Origin: Camelus dromedarius
Lineage: Eukaryota
DNA length: 64,000 bases
Assembly (NCBI RefSeq): GCF_036321535.1
Contig: NC_087436.1
Coordinates: 53,446,001-53,510,000 of the forward strand
Direction of reading: 5' to 3'
Part shown: in pieces, positions 13,095 to 25,399 of the stretch
Layout: every line of letters starts with the position of its first letter
Numbering within the stretch: position 1 is the first letter of the stretch
Made by a program: the position numbers and the translations under genes
Notes under the pieces: model-generated
The model's database searches: none
Seen by the model: the letters and a program-made list of their open reading frames with translations, nothing else
What the model was told of the DNA's origin: nothing

Positions 13095-16000
13095 TGATCC
13101 CTGCTTGGTGTGGTGAGGATGATTTTCTTTGCAATTAAGGAGCAGACTCTTGTTTTCACTCTGAGTACCAGGAGGTTCAAAGGTTTGGAAAGAGATAGCT
13201 TAGCAGAAAAGGAATGTGGGCAGGAGAAATTGAATCTCTTGCATGAATTTCTGCAAAAAAGAAATAAAGAATCAATTATGTTACTTTATGTAAATTACAT
13301 AAAGAAAAAGTATTAGTGGAGGGCTACCTGGCTAAAATCAAATCCCTTTTAAATAAAGATTCGTCCTTGGAGAATGGAGCTCATGCTTTCAATTGGGAAG
13401 GGAATGGATGTCTAGAAAACAAGCGGTAAAGACCTCTGACTGAGAATAGCAGAGGAAACAAGTCCCCCAAACCCATTTCCACACTTTGCATGCCCAGAAG
13501 AAGCAAGTCTGATGGAGAAAGAGAGTCTCAAGTCTCATCTAGGTCCAGGAATATAAGGCAAGCTACCGGGCAGAACACCATCACATTTCATTTAGCAAGG
13601 AAACCTGAGAAAGAACTTGAAAGACCAAAACTGGATGATTCTCTCAATGAAGAAGAAAAAGACCAGGAAGCAAAGAGACATAAAGTCACTTCCAGAGAAC
13701 CAACTGCTAGACCATTCCCTGCAGAAGAACCAGAAAGAGTAAAACCATAAACATACAAGAAAGAAGAATGAAGGGAAGGAAAAGAAGAAAAGAGACTCAG
13801 AAGTCAAACCAAAATAGAACCTAAATAGAAGTCTAAGGAGGATGCAAGACCAGGAGTTCAGGTTGAAATGGGTAGAGGAGATGAGAAAGATAAAAAGAGG
13901 CACAGAAGACAACCCAAAGATTCTAGCTGCCAGAGACCTGAAGAAAAAGAATCTGAAAGAGTAAAACCACAAGTTTCTGATTAGAAAGATGAGGATGAAA
14001 AGTTCTGGAGACTGCAAGGCCAAGATCAAAGTGACAGCAGGGAGGAGAAGAGATGCAAAACTACATTCAAAGAACCAACTGAGAAAAAAAATGGCTCAAA
14101 CCAAAACAGCTGTGTCCTCCAAGACCCATCCTCTGACGTGCATTCAGTGCAGACAATATCTGGATAACACTGAACTAAAATATGAACAGCATTCCCCTGA
14201 TGCAATGGATGAAATACAGTTGTTGACAAATGAGAGAATGTCTATCTTCAATGTCAAAGAATCCGGCTTTGAGAGGCTCTTCCTCAACCAAACTGACGTG
14301 CTTCAGCATGTACTATAAACACAATCACCAGTGCCTGATCAACACTAGCCTCATTAAGAAGAAAGTCCAACTCTTCTGGTTCAGCAAAATCAATACATGA
14401 TGATGGCCCATCTCTTGAAAGTGATTTAATGGCAAAATTCTTGGTCCCATAAATAAATGGTGGATCACTGATTTTAAAAGAAGTGAAAAGGCTCTCATTG
14501 GCTTCAGCACCTCATCTGCCAAATATATTCTGATAGATCCCAATACACATTGATGTCCAGCATGATGCAGGAGATCTACTTAAGACAGTAGAGTTCCTGC
14601 AGAACAACCCTGACTCAACCTATAAAGACCTGATCAATAAGATTAAGGCCACTGTTCCTCCTGTGCTCATCCTGAATCAATTCACTGAGGAGTCTCTCCT
14701 TTGGCATGCCCAGTTTTTGGTGGGACAAGTAAAGAGCTATGATTAGTCTGGGGCTAGTGACAAGTGACCCATCTTCCTGATCTGCTGCATGAGAGACCTG
14801 ATCAAGTTGGTGGGGACCACCCTGGGAAAGAGGCAAGCTGAAAGACTTCAGACCATTGGGCATTCTGCCAAGAAGAAAGACAAAGACCTCACAAAAGCCA
14901 TCACTATCAATCTGGTCTACCAGATCTTTGACACTTTCTTCACAGAGCAAATTGAAATGGAGACTAAGAATGCCTTTAAATGCTGGCTGTGTGGCATCTG
15001 CGAGTTTTGTCAACAGCCCAAATGTAGAAAGTGTGAAGCCTATAAGGATATGGTTAAATTTGGTGGTAGGGAACAGAGCAAACAGGCTTCCTGAGAGAAG
15101 TGTTCCATTTTTTAATCCATGGCCATGAAGGATGAAGATGATGATGAAGTTGATGACAAAATCCCAGAGAAAAAGTGCATCAGGGGAAGGAAAAGAAACA
15201 GAGCAAGAATCTGATATGTTGGGTTAGAGAAGTCATCAAGACTGCTGGGGGAACTATATTCAATATCTCGTAGTAACCTATAGTGAAAAAGAATACGAAA
15301 ACAAATATATGTATGTATATGTATGACTGAACTATTATGCAGTACACCAGAAATTGACACAACATTGTAAACTAACTATAGTTCAATTAAAAAAAAATAA
15401 AAGAATACTGGGAAGAAGAGTTACTATAAGAAGGTATGCATTGCCTCAGAAACCCTGGAAGTGGGGAACTGTGTCTCTGTTATTCCAAATGATTCCTGAA
15501 AACCATCCTCACGGCACTGCAGGAGGACAGCAGCAAAAGGCAGAGCTTGCATACCCACTGGTTCTGTGCTGGGATAGACAGGGTCCTCCGGGCCACATCA
15601 GATCCCCCCTGGAGCAGCTCTTGTTAGATGAACGTGAGGATGTGCAGCTTTTCACACACTCACAGCAAAGTTCCGTCGGAAAACTGGGCCTTGGAGGGAG
15701 GCATGGATTCTGAGACCTTGATAACAGAGGGTAATGGGAAGACTTGTTTCTCCCAGCTGTGACATGAACAAGACCATGCAAGATTTGAGAACCCCCCAAA
15801 ACTCAGTCGATGGAGAAAAAGCATAAATTCTGTATAAGCTGTGTCTGTCTGGCTGAAATGAGGCAAAAAGAAATTCCCAGGATCATGGAGCAGCTTGAGG
15901 ACCTTGATGGCCAGGGTCTCTTCAGCTCAGCCACCAAGACTGGCATCCAGTATCGAGCGGGCAACAGCATGCATCTCCTCCCTGAGGCCTTCTCATTGGA

Positions 16001-16765
16001 CCAGTCCTGTAAAATATCCACAGAAGGAGCCTGTGGATGAAGATATGTACCCTAAACACTACGAGAACTATTCCAACTATATCTAAGGCATGCCACAAGT
16101 TGGACGCCCCTGGGCCATACCAAATTGGCCACATAAAAGATCTTCTGAATCAATAAGAGCGCCCAACACAACACACAGCAAGATCAGACAACAGGTTCTA
16201 CAAGTCAGCAAAGGCCTCTGTTCTTGCAGGAGGCAGCACTCCTACAGGAGGCTGTGCCTGAAAAGAGGGTTGTAACATAGCACACATAGTGTTTTAAGAG
16301 TTACATAGAGGTGGCTGTTTTTCCAAGTGTTTCTGATTATTTGGTGCATACTGACATTGACTATATTTCATAGCCTTTGCTCTTAGGCCTCTATTTTAAA
16401 GTTGCAGAGCTCTTTCTACAAAACAAATCCATAAGCAGAAGTCCAGAGTGTGACAAAAGCAGGGATGGAATGTTGTGGGCTCCGCCTGAGGCACCCCCAA
16501 GAGAACATCAAGTTCTATTTATGACAGTCTGTGATCTGCTCCTTCCCATGAGTCCGTCCCTACTCTCAGTCCTCCTGCTCTTTCCAGGCCCCTCCTCCTT
16601 TTTCTAGAGTTTCTCTCTGTCCACACTTTCCCCAAGGTCTTGGCTTCACTCAGTCTTTTTTGGTGATCCTAATAGTGGTTAGGAGCTAACCTAAAACTAA
16701 TCCATACAGATAGATACAAAGTTGCTTTACTTCTTAGTTACTATACATCAAAGATTTTCTGAAGA
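13095..16765 (+). pseudogene. DNMT1: Processed (retro) pseudogene of DNA (cytosine-5)-methyltransferase 1, N-terminal regulatory part only, inside ADH4 intron 8
   Basis: Intronless, frameshifted and stop-ridden homology 13175-16203: [36 protein letters not shown] region, [32 protein letters not shown]1, [12 protein letters not shown], start of BAH2. Outer limits set from a candidate target-site duplication AAAAAGAAAAGAAA (13081-13094 / 16766-16779), which is less certain than the homology. Confidence 0.93.
15250..15400 (+). mobile_element. 5'-truncated LINE-1 3' tail nested in the DNMT1 pseudogene
   Basis: ggaactatattcaatatctcgtagtaacctat...cagaaattgacacaacattgtaaactaactatagttcaattaaaaaaaa; TSD AAGACTGCTGGG (15238-15249) / AAGAATACTGGG (15401-15412); interrupts DNMT1 [12 protein letters not shown]. 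Confidence 0.88.
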
Positions 16766-17915
16766 AAAAAGAAAAGAAAAAATACACATTATTTTTAAAG
16801 CTACACAAAGTAACTTAGGGCATAAGCCCCAGAGTATCTTGCAAAATCTCAATATCCCCATAAGACTACTCCTCAAGTTAAGAGTTATGTTGGGGTTTGG
16901 GGCCTTAGATCCTGGTTCTCATAGCTCCTCCACCACTACCCTTTTTCCCCTAGAGTTCTCCCTCATGGAATATACCCATAAGGACTGCCATGTGGTAGCC
17001 AAATGAAAAATGTTGCATTACCTTATTAATAGCTGGGCAAGCCTCCCATACTATCCCAAATAGGCCAGGTAATCAGCAGTAGAATGGAGGTTGAGGGTTA
17101 GACACCTGAATGAGGCTTCCTACTTCCCCCTGGTGCACTGAGAAGACCATCTGACTGCCCACACAGCTGGACAGGTGGCAACAGAGAAGGCAGAGGATGG
17201 GCCTTCCCAGGGATACTGACCATACAGGAAGCACAACTGAGGACTTATCCTCCTGCCACACCAACTGCATAAAAGCAAGGAAGTGGAAGGCGCACAACAC
17301 CCAGCTGGCCTGTTAAGGTGCAGTGACCCTGACTCATGTCATAGGTATGTATAGCTCCAGGTCCTGCAGGAAGAAAACAGTTATGCACAACAACCTGCTG
17401 ATGCCAGGGATTCCCCAGCTCCAGCAGTAAGGTCCGAGATAAGAAATTCTCTGTCCTTGAGGCTTATCCCCCTTTTTGCTTCTACATGTTAAAGGGGTGA
17501 TCCAGGAGCAGAAATTTTTGAGTTCTCTGAAAGTAGCAACCCAACACACCAACCACTCCCTCTTTTGATGCCAATTTGCCCTAAGCTACAGGAGAGCCAA
17601 GAGCAGTGACTGTTTCAAGTCAAAAATCTCACTACACCGGCGGCAGGCTCTACTTCTCTATAGCACCACTGGGCAACAAGGACCTTGACCAGAGTCAAGT
17701 GTGGGTTCCCAATTTTCGCCCAGCTTACTAACACCATGTGTAAAGTATTATTAATGTCATGGATGGATGACAAGATAAAGAAACTAGACAACTAGACTTA
17801 GCAAAGTGAAATATCTATAAAGAAACATTAAAACAAAAAAATAAAAATTATTTGTGGATTTTGGTTAAACTTATCATGAAAATTATACTGATTACTGTTT
17901 TATTATTATTAACAG

Positions 17916-17940
17916 CATTCGGACAATCCTGCTCTTTTGA
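17916..17940 (+). CDS. ADH4: ADH4 exon 9 (terminal coding exon)
   Basis: aacag|C ATT CGG ACA ATC CTG CTC TTT TGA = (S)IRTILLF*; exons 2-9 sum to 1125 nt in an open frame. Confidence 0.93.
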
Positions 17941-20900
17941 TGACACCAGGAACAATCTGGAATACTAGATGACTGAATCTGAACCTGTCTGGTTAATTCA
18001 TAACCTGATGAACCATTAATCACCATGAATTTAAACAGATGTTTACAGTTAACATCTCAATATCAAACAGCTATAATGATTATAAAGCATTTGTATCCAT
18101 AAAATATATTAATATTCCCTATGTTAAATAACTATGATAATTGATATGTTTATGAATAGAATCATATGATGTTTGGAAATTGTTTAAAACCAGTTCTGAA
18201 GAAGTGAGAGTGGAGAATAAAGAGGTCATAAATAAAACTAGATTGGCTATATGTTTATAGTTTTTTAAGTTGGGTGATAAATATATGGGGTTTCATTATA
18301 CTGCTCTCTCTACTATTGTATATGTTAAAAATTTTTCCATAATAAAAAGCTTTTTACCAGAAAAAAATCACTATTAATATGTAGCATGTAACAAAATACA
18401 TATATCTTTAAAATATATATCATATATAACACAAGTTACAATAATTTACAAGATACTCTTCTTTAATAAGCTGCTAAATAATTTCCTTTTTAACATCTGT
18501 TAATTTCTCTTAGCCCCACCTTACCACTGTGAACTATAATTACAAGTAGTGATCTATCAGAAACTATATAAATGAATACATATAGAGATTATTTTAAAAG
18601 AAAATACATCTATACTCTCAAATTTCCATCATTATTAAATAATTGCCCTTTTCCTCTTTGATAATACCACAATATATAATGTTTAGAGCATCACAGAGTT
18701 AACCATCTATAATCTGCACTAAGTAATCTATTTTCTATAGACGACTAGAAGTGACAAAGGACAATGTTCTTATAATAAATGTAGTAAGTAAAAATATTTA
18801 TAGTTATAAGGTATAATAGATAATAAGATTTATATAAAAAGCAAATTGCAAATTTTCAAACTATTATACTTATAGATGCTACAATGGACAGTTTAAGAAT
18901 AAGATAGATAATTCAGACTAGAGTAACAAAGACTAGCTCTCAATTTAGCATAACTTCTGAAACCTACCAATTTATTTATTTTTTTCATGTTTACCACACA
19001 TTGAATTCTGAGAGAAGATAAACTTCTCTGAAGTTTTGGCTGAGGAAGGTAGTAATACCTCAGAGTGGAAACATATTCCTGCTTATTTAAGATTCTCTTT
19101 CATTAGAAATGGAGGCCAGAGAATTCACCTGTAAAGACTTCCTTTGCTGATACTGTGGGGAACAGGATGCACCCCACAGGTGGTTGGCCTCTCTCTTCCT
19201 ATTTCATGTATCAGTTACGTCCTTTTTCCTCATGCCTTCCCCTCCTCTCCTCGGCTCCCTCAGTTCTTCCCAGGTCCAGCTTGAGACCCAACTCCTTTTC
19301 AGATCTTGGCAGCCACAAAGCTATCTTTCTTCCCTGATCTCCTTTGGGTCTTAGTGTCTTTATTGAAATCTTAAGACATGCTGCTTCCACTGTTAGTTTT
19401 TCAAGTATATGTTTGTAAACTCCTTGAAGGCAGAATGATCTTTGAATCTATTGTTCTATTAGAGAGGCTCAATAGATACATGTTGTTTGATACCAAAGTT
19501 TATCCTCACAAGTGTCCAAATAATTTATACTAGCCCTTTTGAATGAAACTTTTCCAAAACATTTTCTATGCTCCTCTTTTTTCCTAAATAGAGAATCACA
19601 AATCTAATCTTAATAATTCAGGAGAATCATTATGAGCACTATTTTATTAATAAAGTTAAATTAATAAAAATTAATAACTAAATTAATAATAAATGATTAA
19701 CTAAGTTGTGATACAGTAGTTCTCTCTCTCTCCAATCACTCCTGCAGTCAGCATCCCTGCCTCTATCAGTCTTTTATTTTTCCACATCTGGTTAGGTGAT
19801 TTGAAAAATAAAAAAACTCATTATTCTTAACAAGGCCGCTAGGGTTATTTACAAAATCAGTGAAAACCCACGGTGATGTGTATGGGGTTTACCATTCCTT
19901 TTACAGCAGAAACCTTTCTTCTCATCCAGGCCCCCAGCTAAAACTCCTCGTAAACGTAATTATAATATAATTCTTCAAAATGAACACCTAATGTCTTAGT
20001 TACCCAAACATCTCTCTCTCTCTCTCTTAAAATAAGATATGAATACTAAATATTTATATGATACTACAGAAACAACAAAAATCATGTAACAATAATTCAT
20101 TTGGCAGCATGCAGAAAACTTCACTTAAAAACTGCACTTTAGAGACGTAAAAATAATCTGCAGACTACTGACAATTGTCTGCTTTTCCTGAGGGCTCTAG
20201 TATTTGTTCTTTATTTTTTAAATGTTACTTTTCGAACTACTAGGGACAACACAAATTATAGTATTCCTAGGGCGTCAAGCCACTGAAACAAAACTGGACT
20301 AGAACTTGATCCCTTCAAAAGAAAAAGCAAAACAAACCAAAAAAAAAAAAAAAAATTTGAAGGTTTGAATTCTCTAATATATTAAGATACACAGGTCTAT
20401 TTTTTAAATGACATTTTGGACTGAAACTATTACAAGTTTTTAAGAATGCTGGTTAGTAGGTGACTAATACCTGAATTTAGAAGGCAATACAATCACAGTG
20501 TATTCTTCAGAGAAGAAAAAAAAATGCATTTTTAAGGTATATTAACTGTCTTCAAACATGGACTGTCATTGTTTTCTAAATGCTATTACAATGCCCTCTG
20601 GTGTTTGGTTTTTGTTTTTTGGTTGTTGGTTTTTTTTTAACATTTTCCCATCTCTTTTCTTTGAGAGAAAGAATTCAGAGAGAGAATAACAACTTTCATT
20701 TATATCACAGTTGACATTTTTTTAAGTATTTTCATGTACATTATTTCATCTGATTCTTCAGCATTTTCAGTGGACTACAGCTTCTTGAGGGCAAAGCCAT
20801 TTTTCACATTCTTTAAGCGCTTCGCAGATAGCAGGCCAATTGTTTCCTTATGGTTAAAGCTAAGGTCTGCGTCCCCAGTTTTGCCATCTGGAGCATCACA

Positions 20901-21377
20901 AAGTTCAGTCCTTCTGCTAGGTGAAGACAGCTGACACACCCCCTTCTCCCCTACCACCGTGTACTCTCTATTCCTAATTAAATATCTCTAAGTTTTCTTG
21001 AACTCTATATTCCATACGCAGTCTGAATAATATACCTATTCTGAATGATATATCAGTAAATGCAGGCTAGATTTTTAGTATTCTTTAGTCAATCATCTCC
21101 ATTATTGACAAATACTGAGCTGTATAAAATCCCTAAATACTTCCTCTCTGGAATGCTATTAAACCAGAATGCTTAGTCTACCACTTGAACACAAGGATAG
21201 ACCATTTGTCTTCTCTGAAGTTTCAAGGTCTTTTTAGAAAGAAATTATAAGTAAGTGAGGTATTTAATAATAAAGAAAAAAACTATATCCTCCTTATTTT
21301 ATTATTATTAAATAACATTTTTTTTCCATTTCTTTTCTCCATTTCTGTCAATAAAATTCTGTTCTACAGGCCTGATT

Positions 21378-22139
21378 TTTTCTTTTTAAGTGAAGTATAG
21401 TCAGTTATCATGTGTCAATTTCTGGTGTACAGCACAATGTTCCAGTCATGCATATATATACATATATTCATTTTTATATTCTTTTTCATTAAAGGTTATT
21501 ATAAGCTATTGAATATAGTTCCCTGTGTTACACAAAAAACTGGGGGCTAACATTTGCAAATCTCAAACTCCCAAATTTATCCCTTCCCACCCCCTTCCCC
21601 CAGTAACCATAAGATTGTTTACTATGTCCATGAGTCTGTTCTGTTTTGTAGATGAGTTCATTAGTGTCCTCTTTTTTCTTTTAGTGAAAAAAGTGACATA
21701 TAAGTGACATCATATGGTATTTTTCTTTCTCTTTCTGGCTTGCTTCACTTAGAATGACAATCTCTGGGTCCATCCATGTTGCTACAAATGACATTATTTT
21801 ATACTTTTTATGGCTGAGTAGTATTCCATTATATAAATATACCACAACTTCTTTATCCAGTCATCTGTCAATGGACACTTGTTTCCATGTCTTGGCTATT
21901 GCATATAGTGCAGCTATGAACATTGGGGTGCATGTATCTTTTTGAATTAGAGTTCCCTCTGGATATATGCCCAGGAGTGGGATTGCTGGATCATATGGTG
22001 TCTATTTTTAGTTTTTTGAGGAATCTCCATACTGTTTTCCATAATGCCTGCACCAAACTACATTCCCACTAGCAGTGTAGAAGGGTTCCATTTTTTCCAC
22101 ACCCTCTCTAGTGTCTATCATTTGTGGACTTTTCAATGA
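21378..22139 (-). mobile_element. 5'-truncated LINE-1 (3' UTR plus ORF2 end)
   Basis: Minus-strand L1 3' motifs, ORF2 C-terminal remnant (DTREGVEKMEPFYTASGNVVW); TSD TTCTACAGGCCTGATT (21362-21377) / TTCTATAGGCCTGCTT (22140-22155). Confidence 0.9.
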
Positions 22140-23399
22140 TTCTATAGGCCTGCTTATAATACAGCTAATAAAATTTAAGAAATAAAAGTCTTCATAATTA
22201 ACCAAAGGATTCTGAGAAAGAAATGAAAGAGATGTCCCTTCTTGTAGGCTTGAAAAGAGAAATTCTGCATCATAAGCTATTTTTAAAAACCTGACTTGAT
22301 AAGGTATTAAATTAAGAACCTTCCCAAGAATATCATTTTGCTCTCCATAGCAATATAGAGATGTGTGAACACTCAAAACCGTTACTAGAATGTCTTCTGG
22401 TTTTCGTTAAAAAGAAATTCATTCTCTGTTACTACAAATGTTATTTAAACCAAAAGCTCTTGTAAAACTCCAAAGACAGTGTTGCCTGCTAAACAGCATC
22501 CCCAGGATGGATCACCTTGTTCACCTGATTATTAACAATCCCTTCCCAAGTCAGAACTTTTGGTAAGAATCACATGAAATATACGTTTTCCTCACACTCA
22601 GTGCCTGCTATGAAATGTCCATCCACATTATCTCTTTTCCAGATTTCCTTATTACTAATCTTACAACCTCATTCCTTCAAAGTCCCTGATCATCTGACCA
22701 AATACTAACTACTGCCTATTAATCAATGTAGATTTATATCTCAGACAATTTCATTCTGATCAAACATAACTCACAGTGATATAATGCTTGCAGTTCTGTA
22801 CCCTGGCAAGATTCCCTGAGTCTACCTCTACCAACTGCCAGAATATTGTGCAGAGTATATAATAACCATGCTGAAATTCTCTTCCTCCTCTATGAACTGA
22901 TCATAGGGAATCTCCCTGAGGGATGGAAATGCAGTAGGAGTGTGTGTCTAATGCTCAGGCAATGTATTAGACCTTCACGATCTGCTTGGGTCTATTCCTC
23001 TATATATCAATTCCTTTGATAAGGCTATCCCCCTGGGCACATGCAGCCTCCTAAATTTGTGGATCCAATAATACCCAGTTCATAGTGAGAAAGTCAGATA
23101 GCATGATTACCTAATGACTCATGGTCAGGCATTTTTCATCATAACCAGGACTGAAGAGAGTATGACTTTGCTCTAAACTCCAGGTTCTCCACCATGATTC
23201 TACTACTGGACATCCTGCCATGGTCACCTAAAAGCTATTCAGTCCATTAAAGGAAAGCATCAGGGTTGTCCTCATAGCAGGCTAGACCAGCTGAACTTCT
23301 ATTGCTCTAGGTTCTACTCAAAGATGGCAATTCTTTAGGTCATACTATAAATAGATGAAAGCTACCCCCAAAATGGTGTTGCCCACACTAGATTCCTAC

Positions 23400-23830
23400 T
23401 CATTAACCGTTCCTCTCTTCTTCCTTCCAATCAGAACCCCAATTTTATTCCAGAAACAGGCAATAATGAGCTCAGGGAAGATGGGACTCTCCCTCAGCTC
23501 CAGAAGTTAAGCTATGATTGATCTAATCCCATTCCTCTTTGCTAGTGACTGACTTAGGGCAGACACAGGACTTCATTCTGATGAGTGATACATAAGGGGA
23601 AGTCTGCTGAGGGAGCGATTTCCCTCTTGATGTAAAAAAAGAGGTGGGGATTGAGTTTAAAAAAAAAAAAGACCCTTTCTTTCCTGCCTTTGGATATTGT
23701 CATAAGTACATTACAGGCTGGAGCTGCAGCAGCCATCTTGCAACCATGATGGGAAAGACAAGAGAATGGCAGAGAAGCTGAACTAGAGCCCTGACATCAC
23801 TGAGCAGCAGAATTTACCATTCTCTTTCAT
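23400..23830. mobile_element. MaLR (MLT1-like) LTR remnant
   Basis: ggggaagtctgctgaggg...ctggagctgcagcagccatcttgcaaccatga typical of MLT1 LTRs; boundaries approximate. Confidence 0.6.
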
Positions 23831-25399
23831 TAACTGTACCACATTTGCAGAAGCAACTATCTACCGCTACAAGCTTTAAATGACTTATGCTCTTTTAATA
23901 CTCTTCTTTGGCAAAAAACTTGTGGCCCCCAATACTTTGCCTTTAATACTTACTTCCAGGAAATCAGAGTTTATTTATTAACTGTTTCATCCTGCCATAA
24001 GTAGAGATAATCTACTCCTTAGAATCAACTGAATTTTCACAGCTTTCAGCCTCAACCAGGTCAGATAATTAATCCCAGACTGACCCATTTCCCTGGTGTC
24101 TGTTTTCTTGTAAAACTTCTGATACCGTTTTTGATTGGTTCTACTGCAAGTCACAGAAATCAATTCTGGCTAATTTAAAATGATAAGGAATTTATTTAAA
24201 GTATGGCAGTTTATAGAACTACCAAAATTACTAGAAAACACTTTCAAAGATATTCAGCTTGAAATTATGTCCAAACCCACATAGCAGAACTGATCTGGTC
24301 ACCATTTTCCTTGCCCTCAGGCCCCAGAGGCTGCAGACTGAACTGTCAATTCCACCCCTAGATAGAGGGCACCACCACTAGTTTGACTGCCATTGCTGCC
24401 ACAAGAAATTAAATCTGCAGTAGAAAGGGGCTTGGGAAGAAAAGGGGCTTGCTTCTTCTTGCTTCTGTATTCCATCTCCTCCCACACTTGCCAACAACTG
24501 CTTCAAGCCCCCTCCATTGCCCAGCCTAGGAAGAGGGGAAATTTGGAGGAAAATACATTTTACACAACCCACAGTGTTGCAATCTGACATTGGTGCCCTT
24601 TGCATCTAGCATCCTTTAGATACTGGATTCCTTCTTAAGTGGGGAATTCCTGTGTGTTTCACAAAAATCTTCTGCTCCACTGAGGATCTCCTACCTGCGA
24701 TTCCTTTATAGGGATGATTCTTTCTACAACTGACCAAGACTTTGCCTTCAGCCCTTGGCTTTCACCGGGCTCACATTAACCTCTCCAGATGGGTCTTTTT
24801 AGTGAAGTTCCTTTTAAGATGATCTACAATTTTATTTCTTTGCAGTTTCCACCTTTGGTCCATGGGAAACGTGTGTTCTTGTCCCCAAATTTTGCTCTAC
24901 TTCATTCTGCCACCAGGCGGCTGTTCTAGCCAGCCTCTCTAGCCTTTTTTTTTTTTTTCCTAATTTATTTCAGGTAACAGAGTCTTCTACGAATCAAGGT
25001 ACCAGAGAAAACATTTCATGCTTTTTGAATGTTTTCTCTTGGCTGCAGTTAAAGGAGAAGTGCTTCCATCATCCTCACCAGGAAGTAGGAAGGGCATTTA
25101 CAGCACACTGACGACTCTCTCCAAAGAAATCCTTCCTCCAAACCACTTCTGCCCTTCCCCATGAAGTCTCTGCTCTCCTTTATATAACTCAGAGGCAGGA
25201 AGTGAGCTAATTCTGACAGAAGAAATTTTCTGTCTCTTAGCATGTCCTACATAAGGTAATCTAGTATTTTGCCTTAGAATGCTGGGATAATTTTGGCACC
25301 TATATTACTTGGCCTTGGAATACTTAGACAAAATTGAGATAACATGAAAGGTTCCATTTTAATTTCCTGCTACATTTAATCATGAAACTATTCCTTGTA

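Noticed and set aside
14789..15094. 101-aa open frame covering the DNMT1 CXXC finger as a possible functional microprotein
   Set aside because: Zinc ligands are lost (CKAC>CEAY, KQAC>KQAS), the basic KRRR patch has decayed to KCWL, and the flanks are frameshifted; consistent with neutral decay
13095..16765. DNA methyltransferase as part of a restriction-modification or defence system
   Set aside because: Eukaryotic DNMT1 regulatory domains only, no catalytic motifs, disrupted frame, mammalian intron context
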